DNA from: Antedon mediterranea
Taxonomy: Eukaryota > Animalia > Echinodermata
Assembly (NCBI RefSeq): GCF_964355755.1
Contig: NC_092677.1
Location: forward strand, 16,514,101-16,578,100
Length of the DNA stretch: 64,000 nucleotides
Direction: 5' to 3'
Part shown: in pieces, positions 63,135-64,000 of the stretch
Layout: each line of letters opens with the position of its first letter
Numbering within the stretch: position 1 is the stretch's first letter
Notes under the pieces: generated by a model
Databases searched by the model: none
Told to the model about the DNA's origin: nothing
Seen by the model: only the letters and a program-made list of their open reading frames with translations
Position numbers and translations under genes: made by a program

Positions 63135-63412
63135 ATAGTTGTCGAGAAGATCTGGCCTCAATTCATGTAAGCTAGAAGTTCCCACAACAACCAGGAGAAC
63201 CTTTGCTGACAGATCTTTTGACGTCTAAGGTCCACGGTTATGGAACGATCTTCCAGTGACCATTCGGTCTGAAACTAATTTTGATAGCTTTAAGCGTAAA
63301 CTAAAATGTTTTTTTTCCAACAAGTTTATGGAACATAATTTTGATGTACAGCGCTTTTGATAATGGTTCATTCTAAGAGCGCTATATCAGATGTGTAATG
63401 TAATGTGATGTA
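63135..63412 (+). mobile_element. L2-clade LINE 3' end
   Basis: Frame LEVPTTTRRTFADRSFDV*GPRLWNDLPVTIRSETNFDSFKRKLK, with tail AGCGCTTTTGA...GAGCGCTATAT and (TGTAA)n. Confidence 0.8.
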
Positions 63413-64000
63413 TACCAATAACTTTTTTTCTGCCACTACAGCATTGTATATATTACCTACATACACCATTTTGACAAATCTTTCCAAAACCATTTTCTAT
63501 ATAAAATATAATGAATCTATGAATGATTAAATCGGGTACTGTAGGTTGAACAATTTTATTGCAAACTGTTTCAATAGCAATTTACACTCGATTTGAACTT
63601 GTTGCTTTGGATGAGTTAGGTTATCCGGACAAACTCAACAAACTGTACAGTACGTTAAAATATAAACGTGAAACATGAAGGAACAACTTTGGAAGTTAAT
63701 TGTCTGGGCAACATAATATATATTAATATTTTGACATGAATTCATATCTACAATTCAGCAGCTTCTATGTTTTAATTTTCATTCTGAGGAGCTACAGTAT
63801 AACAGATTGGAATATACTATATAGATGAAATTAAGTAACCCACTTCATTAAAATGTTATAAAATCTACTTTATTATTTTTAATCTTAACAGCAAATTAAA
63901 ATTCATTTGAGTGATAATTATAAATTTGCCACTCAGTTCTAAAATAAAACAACATGAACCAAAACAAAGGTTCTGAATAAAGTGGCTTGAATCAAGTGAT

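Overview
AT-rich, intron-rich animal genomic DNA, not prokaryotic. The gene and repeat content suggests an invertebrate deuterostome, possibly a crinoid echinoderm (inference). Eight spliced genes were reconstructed by hand: two tandem glutathione-synthetase-like genes (minus), cyclin E (+), URI1 (-), MRPL3 (+), MRPL52 (+), NUDCD1 (-), and a 3'-incomplete gene with DED-like and TRADD-N-like domains (+). Introns and spacers hold Harbinger-, Kolobok- and P-like MITEs, tRNA- and 5S-derived SINEs, LINE and Penelope remnants and minisatellites. The main finding is that the two GSS-like genes carry three intact terminal exons, about 71-74% identical to each other. These encode three versions of the Ala-rich loop that selects the acceptor amino acid: GGVAAG (canonical), GGVGVG and GGIMVG. 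One of them is an extra, frame-compatible last exon 3.4 kb downstream of copy 1. This suggests a splice- or paralog-switched system for making glutathione analogues. All coordinates and identities are hand-derived.
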